Assembly (NCBI GenBank): GCA_964236915.1
Contig: CAXSGM010000008.1
Span: 879-64,878 of the forward strand
Length of the DNA: 64,000 bases
Direction of reading: 5' to 3'
Origin: an uncultured Rhizobacter sp.
GTDB taxonomy: Bacteria; Pseudomonadota; Gammaproteobacteria; Burkholderiales; Burkholderiaceae_C
Shown: in pieces, positions 50,193 to 60,188 of the stretch
Position numbering within the stretch: the first letter of the stretch is position 1
Layout: each line of letters starts with the position of its first letter
The notes under the pieces: generated by a model
What the model was told of the DNA's origin: nothing
Database searches by the model: none
Seen by the model: the letters and a program-made list of their open reading frames with translations, nothing else
Program-made: the position numbers and the translations under genes

Positions 50193-51080
50193 ATGAACAG
50201 TACCGCCGTCCTCATCTCGCCTGCAGAACTCCAAGCCCTGACGAAGGCCGAGCCCGTTGTCATCATCGACACCCGAGATGCCGACACCTACGCCGCCGGT
50301 CACATCCCCGGCGCCGTCAACCTTCGCGAAATCTTCACTTTCCTCGCGACCTCGACCGCCGAAGGCCTGTCGCAGCTGAAGGACACGTTCGCCAGCCACT
50401 TCGGCGCCGTCGGCCTCTCCGGCAAGGAGACGGCCGTCTTCTACGAAGATTCGCTCAACGGCGGTTACGGCCAGTCTTGCCGTGGCTACTACTTGCTGAC
50501 CTGGCTCGGCTATACGAAGGTCAAGGTGCTGAACGGCGGCTTCTCCTCCTGGAAGGCGGCCGGCCTGCCAACGTCGACCGAGGCCGCTGCGCCGAAGGCC
50601 GCGACCTTCCCGAACGATCTCGTCGCCGCCGACGTGATGCTCACCAAGGACGACATGCTGAAGGCGCTCGGCACCGGCACTGTGCTCCTCGACGTTCGCG
50701 ACATCGACGAGTGGATCGGCGACAGCTCCTCGCCGTACGGCCGCGACTTCGCGCCGAGGAAGGGCCGTATCCCCGGCGCGAAGTGGCTCGAGTGGTACCG
50801 CTTCATGAAGCCGTCGGCGCAGGGACCGATGATCAAGTCGCCCGATGAGGTCAAGGCCGAGTGCGCTACCGCCGGCATCTCGACCGACGACACCGTGTAC
50901 CTCTACTGCTTCAAGGGGGCGCGCGCGTCCAACACCTTCCTCGCGCTGAAGCAGGCCGGCTTCGACGACGTGCGCATGTACTTCGGCTCGTGGAACGAAT
51001 GGTCGCGCGATCCGGCGCTGCCGATCGAGACCGGGCTGCCGTTCGCCGAGAAGGCCGCGCCGATGAAGATGGCGGCCTGA
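50193..51080 (+). CDS. Tandem-domain sulfurtransferase (rhodanese)
   Basis: YAAGHIPGAVN, LNGGFSSW, LDVR, GRIPGA, active loop YCFKGAR, YFGSWNEW. Confidence 0.92.
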   Translation: MNSTAVLISPAELQALTKAEPVVIIDTRDADTYAAGHIPGAVNLREIFTFLATSTAEGLSQLKDTFASHFGAVGLSGKETAVFYEDSLNGGYGQSCRGYYLLTWLGYTKVKVLNGGFSSWKAAGLPTSTEAAAPKAATFPNDLVAADVMLTKDDMLKALGTGTVLLDVRDIDEWIGDSSSPYGRDFAPRKGRIPGAKWLEWYRFMKPSAQGPMIKSPDEVKAECATAGISTDDTVYLYCFKGARASNTFLALKQAGFDDVRMYFGSWNEWSRDPALPIETGLPFAEKAAPMKMAA

Positions 51081-51084
51081 GCCG

Positions 51085-51675
51085 ATGCCCACAACAATCA
51101 CTTCGAGGAGACCGACCTTGTCCGAATTCGCTGAAGCCGCCCCGTCTGCGACCGTGAAGGCGCACTTGCGACCGATCGACCGCGACGGTCTCATGAGCTT
51201 CGCCGAGAAAGGCCGCAGCAATCCCGCCTCGCGCGGGACGAACAAGGTGCACACCGTCGTCGATGGCCAGTACCGCACCCTTAGCTACGTCGGCGAGCAC
51301 GCGCCGGTGGTTGTCGACGAGCCGATCCATCTCTTCGGCGAGAACACGGCGCCGGCGCCCGGCGAGGTTGTGCTCGCGGCGCTCGGCGGGTGCCTGGCCG
51401 TCGGCATCACCGCCGTCGCGACCTGGAAGCAAGTGCGCCTGTCGAAGCTCGAGCTCTTCCTGGAAGGCGACATCGGCAACCCGGCAGCATGGGGTGCGGG
51501 CGGCGCCGAAAAACTGCCGTCCGACATGGGATTTCAGGCGATCCGGGTCAAGGTCGTGATCGAGGGCGACGCAACCGCCGCCGAACTCGGCGAGATCGTG
51601 CAGCACGCGAACACCTACTCGCCGGTCGCCAACAGCATGCGCAATCCGGTTCCGATGCAGATCGGCCTCGGCTGA
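51085..51675 (+). CDS. OsmC/Ohr-fold protein
   Basis: VDEPIHLFGENTAPAPGEVVLAALGGC, GFQAIRVKV, YSPVANS. Confidence 0.85.
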   Translation: MPTTITSRRPTLSEFAEAAPSATVKAHLRPIDRDGLMSFAEKGRSNPASRGTNKVHTVVDGQYRTLSYVGEHAPVVVDEPIHLFGENTAPAPGEVVLAALGGCLAVGITAVATWKQVRLSKLELFLEGDIGNPAAWGAGGAEKLPSDMGFQAIRVKVVIEGDATAAELGEIVQHANTYSPVANSMRNPVPMQIGLG

Positions 51676-51682
51676 GGCCACC

Positions 51683-52852
51683 TTGTCGGCCGTTCTAGAC
51701 TGCAGTCGCGATCCCGCGGATAGCGCGGCACCGGCCGGGTGGCCGCCCGACGCGACGACGATGCTCGCTGGCGTGCGCGCTGTCGCCGATGGCCCGCTCG
51801 CCGCGCTCGCCGAAGACATCGACCGCCGGGGCACGTACCCGAGGTCGATCCTCAGACAGCTGGGCGAGGCCGGCGCGTTCGCCGCGCACCTCGACCTTGG
51901 CCACGAAGCCGACTTTGCCGCGGGCATCCAGGCGATTGCCGAGGTTTCCCGCGTCTGCGGGGCGACCGGCTTCCTGATGTGGTGCCACGCCGTCTGCGGC
52001 CTGTACATGGAGCAGTCGGGCAATCCCGCGTTGACCGGCGAGCGCTTGCTCGCGCATGCCCGCGCCGAGACCTTCGGCGGCACTGGCATGAGCAATCCGA
52101 TGAAGACCTTCGCCGGCATCGAGCCGATGCTCCTGAAGGCGCGGAAGACGGCATCGGGCTACGTCGTCAACGGCGCGTTGCCGTGGGTGAGTCACCTCGA
52201 GCCGGATCACTGCTTCGGCGCCGTCGCGTCAGTCGATGGCGAGTCCGACCAGCCGCCGCGCGAGATCATGTTCATCGCCCGCTGCGACGCGGCCGGCGTG
52301 GAACTGCGCCGCTGCCCGACTTTTTCGGCGATGGAAGGCACCCAGACCTGGTCGGTCCGCTTCACCGATACGCCGATCGGCGCGGCGGATCTTTGCGCCG
52401 ATCCGGTGCGGCCTTTCGTCGGCCGCATCCGCGCCGCGTTCATCCTGCTGCAGTGCGGCTTCGGCCTGGGTGTCGCCCAGGGCGCCATCGACTCGATGTG
52501 GGACGTCGAGCGCCAGCTAGGCCACGTCAACGAGTTCCTCGACGACCGGCCCGACTCGTTGCAGCACGAGCTCGACGCGCTCACGGCGCGTACGCTCGCC
52601 CTGGCGCGCACGCCGTACGCGAGCGAGCGCGAGTTCCTGATCGACGTGCTCGACGCCCGCGCCCACGCTTCGGAGATCGCGTTGCGCGCTGCGCAGTCGG
52701 CGCTGCTGCATGCCGGCGCGCGCGGCTATCTGATGGCGTCGCCGGTGCAGCGACGGGTGCGCGAGTCGCATTTCGTCGCCATCGTCACGCCGGCACTCAA
52801 GCACCTGCGCAAGGAGATCGCCCGCCTGAGCGCGCCCGATTACCCATCGTGA
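51683..52852 (+). CDS. Acyl-CoA-dehydrogenase-fold flavoprotein, non-canonical
   Basis: [49 protein letters not shown]; start uncertain (51683 or 51761). Confidence 0.82.
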   Translation: MSAVLDCSRDPADSAAPAGWPPDATTMLAGVRAVADGPLAALAEDIDRRGTYPRSILRQLGEAGAFAAHLDLGHEADFAAGIQAIAEVSRVCGATGFLMWCHAVCGLYMEQSGNPALTGERLLAHARAETFGGTGMSNPMKTFAGIEPMLLKARKTASGYVVNGALPWVSHLEPDHCFGAVASVDGESDQPPREIMFIARCDAAGVELRRCPTFSAMEGTQTWSVRFTDTPIGAADLCADPVRPFVGRIRAAFILLQCGFGLGVAQGAIDSMWDVERQLGHVNEFLDDRPDSLQHELDALTARTLALARTPYASEREFLIDVLDARAHASEIALRAAQSALLHAGARGYLMASPVQRRVRESHFVAIVTPALKHLRKEIARLSAPDYPS

Positions 52853-54102
52853 GCGCAGTGCTCGTCGCGGCGGCGTGGCGCAAGTTCATCTGCCGAGCCT
52901 GCGGCTTGATTTACGACGAGGCGATCGGCGATGCCGACAGCGGACTTGCCGCCGGCACGCGCTTCGACGATATCGACGACGACTGGGTGTGTCCGCTCTG
53001 CGGCGTCACCAAGGCCGACTTCGAGCCGTACGACGCTGCGCCGACCGAGCGACGCCCCGCGAATCCCGCCGCGCCGCCGTCACGGGCCACGAGCGCCCGC
53101 GGCGACGCCGGCGTCGTCATCGTCGGCGCCGGTCGCGCCGGCTGGGCAATGGCCGAAGCCTTGCGCGAGCGCGACGCGCGTCTGCCTCTCACGATCGTCA
53201 GCTCATGCGACGCTTCGGTCTACGACAAGCCGATGCTGTCGGTCGTGCACGCGAAGGGGCTCGACATCGCGGCGCTCGCCAGGGAAAGCGCGGCTGCCGC
53301 GGCGATGCGGCTCGACACGCGCCTGCTCGCCGCAACCGACGCCATCCGCGTCGACGCACCGGCCATGCAACTGCGGACGACACGCGGCACGCTGCGCTGG
53401 CGTCATCTCGTGCTCGCCCACGGCGCCGAGGCGCGCGCCGTCGCCGAGCTGCCGGCGCGCCTGTGCTGGCGCATCAACCAGCTCGACGCATACCGGCGTT
53501 TTCGCGCCGCCCTCGGCTCGCCGTCGTCGGACCCGAACGCGGGCGCGCTGATCGTCGGCGCCGGTCTCGTCGGCTGTGAGCTCGCCAACGACCTCGCGCT
53601 CGCCGGCCATCGGGTCACGTTGCTCGACGTCGCTACTCGCCCGCTCGCCGCGCTGCTCGATGCCGACGCTTCCGCGCGACTCCTCGACGCGTGGCGCGAT
53701 CTGCCGATCGCCTTTGCAGGCGGCGTCCGTGTCCGCGGCGTCGAGCGCGCGGCCGTCGGATCGCTGCATGTCACGACCGACGACGGTCGGGTGTTTCGGG
53801 CCGCCCAAGTCGTCGCTGCCACCGGCCTGCAGACTCCAGGCCGACTCGCGGCAAGCGCCGGCCTGGCCTTTCTTGATGGCATCGTCGCCGACCGCGTCAC
53901 GCTGGCGACGAGCGCCCCGAACATCCACGCGCTGGGCGACTGCATCAGCATCGACGGCCGGGCCAGCCGTTTCATCGAGCCGATCGGCCGGCAGGCCCGC
54001 GTCATCGCCGACCGAATAGTCGGTCGCGAGCCGTCCGGTTATCGATCGGCGCCGCCACCGATCCGGATCAAGACGACCTCGCTTGCCTTCACGCTCCCCT
54101 GA
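52849..54102 (+). CDS. Rubredoxin fused to FAD/NADH rubredoxin reductase
   Basis: [20 protein letters not shown] then [31 protein letters not shown]; GTGA overlap with the previous gene. Confidence 0.9.
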   Translation: MSAVLVAAAWRKFICRACGLIYDEAIGDADSGLAAGTRFDDIDDDWVCPLCGVTKADFEPYDAAPTERRPANPAAPPSRATSARGDAGVVIVGAGRAGWAMAEALRERDARLPLTIVSSCDASVYDKPMLSVVHAKGLDIAALARESAAAAAMRLDTRLLAATDAIRVDAPAMQLRTTRGTLRWRHLVLAHGAEARAVAELPARLCWRINQLDAYRRFRAALGSPSSDPNAGALIVGAGLVGCELANDLALAGHRVTLLDVATRPLAALLDADASARLLDAWRDLPIAFAGGVRVRGVERAAVGSLHVTTDDGRVFRAAQVVAATGLQTPGRLAASAGLAFLDGIVADRVTLATSAPNIHALGDCISIDGRASRFIEPIGRQARVIADRIVGREPSGYRSAPPPIRIKTTSLAFTLP

Positions 54103-54132
54103 CCACGGGCGACGCGCGACGCATGCTCCAGC

Positions 54133-54576
54133 TCAGTAAATCTTGTAGGGCAGAAATTTTCCGGACATCGTGAGGGACACGCGGTCGCCCTTTTCGTGCG
54201 CCTCGCGCTTCATGTCCATGTGGAAGTCGATCGCGCTCATGATGCCGTCGCCGAACTCCTCGTGGATCAGCTCCTTGAAGGTGGTGCCGTACACGCTGAT
54301 CAGCTCGTAGAAGCGGTAGATCAGGGGATCGGTCGGCACCGCCGTCGGCAGCGAGCCTTTGTACGGCACGACCTGCAGCCAGGTGCGCTCGTGCTCGTCC
54401 AGGTCGAAGATGTCACCGACCGTCTCGGCCTGCGCCGCGGTGAGCGTCATCTGGCCGAGGCAGGCGGCGGTCACCCATTCCTTGCTGAGGCCCACCTTGG
54501 CGGCGACGTCGCCCCATTTGAGGCCCTTGGCGACTTTGGCGAGAACGATCTTTTCGGTGACGGCGATGCGGCTCAT
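54133..54576 (-). CDS. cynS: Cyanate hydratase (cyanase)
   Basis: PTDPLIYRFYE, LIHEEFGDGIMSAIDF, GKFLPY; RBS AGGAG. Confidence 0.96.
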   Translation of the reverse strand: MSRIAVTEKIVLAKVAKGLKWGDVAAKVGLSKEWVTAACLGQMTLTAAQAETVGDIFDLDEHERTWLQVVPYKGSLPTAVPTDPLIYRFYELISVYGTTFKELIHEEFGDGIMSAIDFHMDMKREAHEKGDRVSLTMSGKFLPYKIY

Positions 54577-54623
54577 GGCGAATTCTCCTGTGTCGATGGA
54601 AGGAAGGAAGAAAGTGTTCATCG

Positions 54624-55586
54624 TTACGCCGGACGCGCCCTGATGCGCACGACGTTGTCGGCCGCCGCCGCGACGCCGGCCCCGAGTGCAGCGGGATGCG
54701 CAGCCGGGTCGACGTCGAGGCCCGGCGACACGACCGGCGCGTGCGCCGGCGAGCGGCCGTGTGCGTAGTCCTTCGAGCGGGCGACGAGGAAGTCGACCAT
54801 GTGATTCCGGATCCGGTAGTACTGCGGATCGTGGTGTAGCGTCGACCGCTGGCGCTTGCGCGACATCGTGTTGGCGACGATCTCGGCGACGCCGGCGCGC
54901 GGCCCGTTGCTCATCATCAGCACCTTGTCGGCAAGCAGGATCGCCTCGTCGACGTCGTGGGTGATCATGAACACCGTCTGCCGCGTCTCGGCGCAAATGC
55001 GCAGCAGCTCATCCTGGATCGTGCCGCGCGTGAGCGCGTCAAGCGCGCCGAACGGCTCGTCGAGGAGGAGCATCTTCGGCTCGATGGCAAAGGCGCGGGC
55101 GATGCCGACGCGCTGCTTCATGCCGCCCGAGAGCGCCGCGGGCTTCTTGTCGATGGCGGCGCCGAGGCCGACGAGGGCGACGTACTTCCCGACCTGCGCG
55201 TCGACCTCGGCCGGCGTGGCGCCGGGCCACTTGCTGCGCACCGCGAAGGCGATGTTGCCGCGCACCGTGAGCCACGGCATCAGCGCGTGGCCCTGGAAGA
55301 CGACGCCGCGCTCGAGGCTCGGCCCGGCGACCTGGCGGCCGCTCATGAAGACGTGCCCGGCGCTTGCCTTTTCGAGGCCGGCGAGGACGTTGAGGATCGT
55401 CGTCTTGCCGCAGCCCGAGTGGCCGACGATGCACACGAACTCGCCGCGGGCGACGGTGAAGTTGACGTTTTCGAACACCGGCTCCGCGCCGGGGGCGAAC
55501 GACTTGCCGAGGCCTTCGACGCGCAGGAAATCGGCGTTCGTGGCGGGTTCAGTGGCGGGTTCGGTGACGGCGGCGTCAATCGACAT
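54624..55586 (-). CDS. Nitrate/cyanate ABC transporter ATP-binding protein (CynD/NrtD-like)
   Basis: GHSGCGKT, LSGGMKQRVGIARA, LDEPFGALDALTR, MSNGP. Confidence 0.9.
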   Translation of the reverse strand: MSIDAAVTEPATEPATNADFLRVEGLGKSFAPGAEPVFENVNFTVARGEFVCIVGHSGCGKTTILNVLAGLEKASAGHVFMSGRQVAGPSLERGVVFQGHALMPWLTVRGNIAFAVRSKWPGATPAEVDAQVGKYVALVGLGAAIDKKPAALSGGMKQRVGIARAFAIEPKMLLLDEPFGALDALTRGTIQDELLRICAETRQTVFMITHDVDEAILLADKVLMMSNGPRAGVAEIVANTMSRKRQRSTLHHDPQYYRIRNHMVDFLVARSKDYAHGRSPAHAPVVSPGLDVDPAAHPAALGAGVAAAADNVVRIRARPA

Positions 55587-56448
55587 AGGAGACCGCCTTC
55601 TGGGCGCGGGCGAACAGCAGGTCGAGTGCCATGCCGACCGAGCCGATGACGAGGATCGCGAAGATCACGCTCGAAAGCGCGAGGTTGTTCCACTCGTTCC
55701 AGACGAAGTAGCCGATGCCGGTGCCCCCGACCAGCATCTCGGCGGCGACGATGACCAGCCAGGCGATGCCCATCGAAATCCGCATGCCGGTGAGGATCGT
55801 CGGCGCGGCCGCCGGCAGGATCACCTGGAAGGCCTTCCTGAGCGGCGTGACCTCCAGCGTGCGCGCGACGTTGAGCCACTCGGGGCGCACGCTCGAGACG
55901 CCGAAGGCGGTGTTGATCAGCATCGGCCAGACCGAGCAGATGAAGATCACGAAGATGCCGGAGATCCCCGAGTCCTTGATCGTGTAGAGCGCGATCGGCA
56001 TCCAGGCGAGCGGCGAGATGGGCTTGAGCAGCTGGATGAAGGGGTCGAGCGCGCGGTGGACGAGCGGGCTCATGCCGATCAGGAAGCCGAGCGGGATGGC
56101 GACGATCGCCGCCAGGCCGAAGCCGAGGCCGACGCGCAGCAGCGACCAGCCGAGCTGCAGGCCGATGCCCTTGTCGTTCGGGCCGTTGTCGTAGAACGGA
56201 TGGGCGAGATTGCGAGCGACCGTCTCGCCCATCTGCGACAGGGTCGGGAATCCGGCGGACTTCGTTGCCGCCGCGCCCGGGTCCTTGCCGAGCATCTTCT
56301 GGTACTCGATCTGCTCGGGCGTCAGGCCCGGTGCGGCCTGCGCCGCCGGGGCCGGCAGCGTCGCGACGTGCCAGACCGCCAGCAGCACCACGAGCAGCGC
56401 CGCCGACAGCAGCGACGACTGGAGCCTGGCCCGGACGAGCGGCGTCAT
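55576..56448 (-). CDS. Nitrate/cyanate ABC transporter permease (CynB/NrtB-like)
   Basis: PFYDNGPNDKGIG, KPISPLAWMP, AWLVIVAAEML, WNEWNN. Confidence 0.9.
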   Translation of the reverse strand: MTPLVRARLQSSLLSAALLVVLLAVWHVATLPAPAAQAAPGLTPEQIEYQKMLGKDPGAAATKSAGFPTLSQMGETVARNLAHPFYDNGPNDKGIGLQLGWSLLRVGLGFGLAAIVAIPLGFLIGMSPLVHRALDPFIQLLKPISPLAWMPIALYTIKDSGISGIFVIFICSVWPMLINTAFGVSSVRPEWLNVARTLEVTPLRKAFQVILPAAAPTILTGMRISMGIAWLVIVAAEMLVGGTGIGYFVWNEWNNLALSSVIFAILVIGSVGMALDLLFARAQKAVSYVD

Positions 56449-56452
56449 CGCG

Positions 56453-57832
56453 TCATGCTTTCTTGATCGGGAAGCTGGCCGCGTACTCGGCCGGCTTCGA
56501 CGGGTCGAAGGTCTTGCCCATCACCTTGTAGCTGCGATAGGCGCCGTCGGGGACCTTCTCGCCGAGCGCCTTCATCTGTTTCTTGGCGTCGGTGAGCAGG
56601 AACACCTGCTCGGCAATGCCTTTGTAGTCGACATCTCCCTTGACGTAGCCCCAGCGCTTCATTTGCGTCAGCATCCACACGGCCATGCTCTGCCACGGCA
56701 CCGGATCGAAGTCCACGCGGTCGGGCACGTTTTTCACGTTGCCGAGACCGTCGGCGTATTTTCCGGTGAGCACCTGCGTCAGCACGGTCTCGGGCTGGTT
56801 CAAGTAGGCGGCAGGCGCCAGCACTTTCGCGATCAGCTCGCGGTGTTTCGGGTCGCGCGCCATGTCGGCGGCGGCAAGCACGGCGCGGTAGAGCGCGGCG
56901 AAGGCGTTCGGGTTTTGCTGGATGAAGGCCTCGCTTGTGCCGAACGCGCAGCACGGATGGCCGTCCCAGATCTCCTTCGAGAGCAGGTGGATGAAGCCGA
57001 CCTCGTCGTAGACCGCGCGCTGGTTGAACGGGTCCGGGCCGAGGAAGCCGTCGATGTTGCCGGCGCGCAGGTTGGCGACCATCTCGGGTGGCGGCACGAC
57101 GCGCAGCTGTACGTCGCGGTCGGGATCGATGCCGGCTTCCGCGAGGTAGTAGCGGAGCAGGAAGTTGTGCATCGAGTACTCGAAGGGGATGGCGAACTTC
57201 ATTCCCTTCCAGTTTTTCGGGTCGCGGTTGTCCTTGTGCCTGGTTGCCAGCGTGATCGCCTGGCCGTTGATGTTCTGAATCGTCGCCACGCGCATCGGCT
57301 GCGCGACCGAGCCGAGGCCCAGCGAGATCGCGATCGGCATCGGCGACAGGAAGTGCGTGGCGTCGTACTCCTTGTTGAGCATCTTGTCGCGGATCAGCGC
57401 CCAGCCGGCTGTCTTGTTGAGCGCGACGTCGAGGCCCTGCTGGCGATAGAAGCCGAGCGGGCCGGCCATGATCAGCGGCGTGGCGCAGGTGATGGCGATG
57501 AAGCCGACCTTGAGCTCCTTCTTCTCGAGCGGGCGCGTCTCCTGCGCCATCGCCTCGAGCGCGCCGATCGGCAGCAGCGAGGCGATCGCCGCACGCGCGG
57601 TGCCGGCACCTACGGCCTGGAGGAAGCGGCGGCGTAACCGCGCGTTCGGCAGCAGCGCGCGCACCAGTGTCGCCTCGACGCGCCCGGCCAGGGCCGACGC
57701 GCCGCGAGCCGCGCTGCCGGGCGTGCCGCCGGCGCGGTCGAGATCGTGATCGACCGCGACGTGCGCGCCGCCGCAGGCACAGGACAGGCGCAGCGGCCGG
57801 TCGGCGTCATAAGGATCAGACGTTGGCATCAT
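56453..57832 (-). CDS. CmpA/NrtA-family substrate-binding protein (CynA-like)
   Basis: LRRRFLQ, LKVGFIAITCATPLI, NINGQAI, PPPEMVANL, HPCC. Confidence 0.9.
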   Translation of the reverse strand: MMPTSDPYDADRPLRLSCACGGAHVAVDHDLDRAGGTPGSAARGASALAGRVEATLVRALLPNARLRRRFLQAVGAGTARAAIASLLPIGALEAMAQETRPLEKKELKVGFIAITCATPLIMAGPLGFYRQQGLDVALNKTAGWALIRDKMLNKEYDATHFLSPMPIAISLGLGSVAQPMRVATIQNINGQAITLATRHKDNRDPKNWKGMKFAIPFEYSMHNFLLRYYLAEAGIDPDRDVQLRVVPPPEMVANLRAGNIDGFLGPDPFNQRAVYDEVGFIHLLSKEIWDGHPCCAFGTSEAFIQQNPNAFAALYRAVLAAADMARDPKHRELIAKVLAPAAYLNQPETVLTQVLTGKYADGLGNVKNVPDRVDFDPVPWQSMAVWMLTQMKRWGYVKGDVDYKGIAEQVFLLTDAKKQMKALGEKVPDGAYRSYKVMGKTFDPSKPAEYAASFPIKKA

Positions 57833-57862
57833 CAGGGTTCGAGTAATGACGCCAGACAGATC

Positions 57863-57877
57863 GCAAGGACCGCGCCA
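57863..57877 (-). promoter_or_regulatory. Sigma-54 (-24/-12) promoter of the cyanate operon
   Basis: Minus strand TGGCGC-GGTCC-TTGC, 30 bp upstream of the first start codon. Confidence 0.75.
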
Positions 57878-58128
57878 TCGCAGTTGGCGGTGTCTTCATG
57901 CTGCGTCGCGTCGATCCTCGTCGGTGCAGCGCTCGGCCAGCGCCTGCCGATTCGAGCAGGTGGGGCGAGCGACGAGTACTTTGCGTTGGACCTCGTAGCC
58001 GATAACCAAACGCCGCGAGACAGCTCGAGAAACAACCGTTATCGCTACATCAGCTCGGGCTGGGCCGCCTAGAGTCGAGCGGTTTTCCTTGCAGCGCCCC
58101 ATCCATCAAAGCAGTTTGACGCCCCTTC

Positions 58129-59115
58129 ATGACCAGTGAGTCAGAGTCCGCCCCGTCCGCTGCGCGCTGTCTGGCGTCGATCGTCATGGCGGCCTCGTTT
58201 GCGATCGCGTGGTCAGTACCGACTGCCGCCGCGGCCGCCGAGGTCGTGATCGGCGCGTCGCAAACGCTGTTGTCGCTGCCGATCACCGTCGCCTACGAAC
58301 AAGGCTTTTTTGCCGCTGAAGGCGTGCAGGTGCGGGTCGTCGACTGCAAGACCGGGCAGCAGTGCGTCCAGGCGCTGCTCGACCGCCAGGTGGACATGGC
58401 CGTTGCTAGCGCGCTGGTGCTGACCTTGCGAAGTTTCGAAGGAGCCGACCTCGCGGTCATCGCGACGATCGCCACCGCCGCGGGCAACATCCGGGTGGTG
58501 GGACGCCGAAGCGCCGGCGTGACGGCTCCCGACCAACTCGCGGGCAAGCGGATCGGCGTGTTGATGGGCACGAGTTCGCAGTACTACCTCGACACCTTCC
58601 TCTACTTCCACGGCGTCGACCCGGCAGGGGTGAAGATCGTGCCTTTGACGGTCGCTGCCATGCCAACCGTCTTTGCGACGAACCGGATCGACGCTTTGGC
58701 AACTTATGGTCGCTACCTCGGCACTGCGACGGGCGGCCTCGGGCCGGACGCGGTGATGTTTGCGGATCCGCGCATCTACACCGAGACGTCCAACCTCGTC
58801 GTCGGGCGGCGGATGATCGCCGAGCGTGGCCCGGAAGTCGCAAGTGTGCTGCGCGCACTGCAGCGGGCGGAGATCTTCATCGCGGCGCATCCTGCTGCGG
58901 CGACACCGGCGCCCGCTGTGCGCAGCGCGCCCGGCTTCGGTCAGTACACCTACCGCCTGTCGCTCGACCAGTCGCTCGTCAGCACGATGGAGGGCATCGT
59001 GCGCTGGGCCCGCAGCGGTGGACACGTCGCGCACGGTGCCAAGCCGCCGGACCTGCTCAAGATCGTCGACGCCGGACCGCTGCGCGGGGCGGTGCCGACG
59101 GCTCTCATGAAGTAG
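58129..59115 (+). CDS. Periplasmic binding protein (SsuA/NMT1-like)
   Basis: Signal peptide; LPITVAYEQGFFAAEG, LAGKRIGVLMGTSSQYYL. Confidence 0.8.
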   Translation: MTSESESAPSAARCLASIVMAASFAIAWSVPTAAAAAEVVIGASQTLLSLPITVAYEQGFFAAEGVQVRVVDCKTGQQCVQALLDRQVDMAVASALVLTLRSFEGADLAVIATIATAAGNIRVVGRRSAGVTAPDQLAGKRIGVLMGTSSQYYLDTFLYFHGVDPAGVKIVPLTVAAMPTVFATNRIDALATYGRYLGTATGGLGPDAVMFADPRIYTETSNLVVGRRMIAERGPEVASVLRALQRAEIFIAAHPAAATPAPAVRSAPGFGQYTYRLSLDQSLVSTMEGIVRWARSGGHVAHGAKPPDLLKIVDAGPLRGAVPTALMK

Positions 59116-59119
59116 CGCG

Positions 59120-60172
59120 GTGGCAGCCGACGTCTTGCGTCATGCGATCCGCCCGACCAGGGTCTGGGGCGGCGCGCGCCGCGCGAGCTGCCTGTCGACC
59201 ATCCTTCTCGCCGCCCGCAGGCTTTTTTGCCAGCCCTCGTTCTGGTTTCTGTTGGCGAGCGCCGCCGGCGCCGACGCGCAGCCGTTGCGCCTCGCGGTCT
59301 CGAGGGGAACCGTCTCTCTGCCAGTCTATGTCGCCGAGGCCAAGGGTTACTTCCAACGCGAGGGCGTCGACGTCCGGCTTGTCGAATGCACGAGCGGTCA
59401 CCAGTGCTTTCAGTTGCTGAGCCGGGGCGAAGCCGACCTTGCAACGGCTGCCGAGCTGATCATGACGTTGAACTTTCTCGCCGGCTCGGACGCGGCGATC
59501 ATTGCGACGATCAGCTCCTCGGCACAGCAGATGAAGCTCGTCGCCCGCGTCAGTGGCTTCAAGCCCGGCGATCTGCGCGGCAAGCGGATCGGCACCGTGC
59601 GCGGTACGTCTGCAGAGTACTTCCTCGACAGCTGGCTTCTCGACCATGACATTGCTTTGGCCGCGGTAACGATTGCTCCACTTCCGCCCGACCGGCTGGC
59701 CGGGGCGCTGCAGACGAACGAAGTCGACGCGATCGCGATCTGGGAGCCGATCGCCTCGAACGCGGCTGCCCTGCTCGGCCTCGATGCGCGCGTGTTGCCG
59801 AACTCGCGGGTCTACGCGCAGCGCTTCTCCCTGATCGCCAGCCGCGCGGCGCTGATCAGGCGCGATGCAGATCTCGTACGGCTACTCCGTGCCCTGGCGG
59901 GCGCCGAACGCTTCATTGCCGACGACCCGGTCGAGGCGCGCCGCCTGCTCGCTACCCGGCTACCTGGCGCTGCCGCACCGGAGCGGATCAGCGAGCACGA
60001 CTTCCGGCTGGTGCTCGAGCAGGCGCTGATCGGCACCATGGACGCGCAGGCACGCTGGGCGCTGCGCCAGGGTCTGACGACCGCGGACTTGAGCCGTGTC
60101 AACCTGCTGCACGCGATCGAACCCGGCCCGCTTCAAAAGGCGTCGCCGGGCGCGGTCGGTCTGGTTCACTGA
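59120..60172 (+). CDS. Periplasmic binding protein (SsuA/NMT1-like), paralog
   Basis: LPVYVAEAKGYFQREG, LRGKRIGTVRGTSAEYFL, VDAIAIWEP; start uncertain. Confidence 0.8.
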   Translation: MAADVLRHAIRPTRVWGGARRASCLSTILLAARRLFCQPSFWFLLASAAGADAQPLRLAVSRGTVSLPVYVAEAKGYFQREGVDVRLVECTSGHQCFQLLSRGEADLATAAELIMTLNFLAGSDAAIIATISSSAQQMKLVARVSGFKPGDLRGKRIGTVRGTSAEYFLDSWLLDHDIALAAVTIAPLPPDRLAGALQTNEVDAIAIWEPIASNAAALLGLDARVLPNSRVYAQRFSLIASRAALIRRDADLVRLLRALAGAERFIADDPVEARRLLATRLPGAAAPERISEHDFRLVLEQALIGTMDAQARWALRQGLTTADLSRVNLLHAIEPGPLQKASPGAVGLVH

Positions 60173-60188
60173 CCGCTACGGCCCGACG

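Noticed and set aside
55540-55570. Short repeat encoding TEPATEPAT
   Set aside because: Low-complexity N-terminal linker with no sign of function
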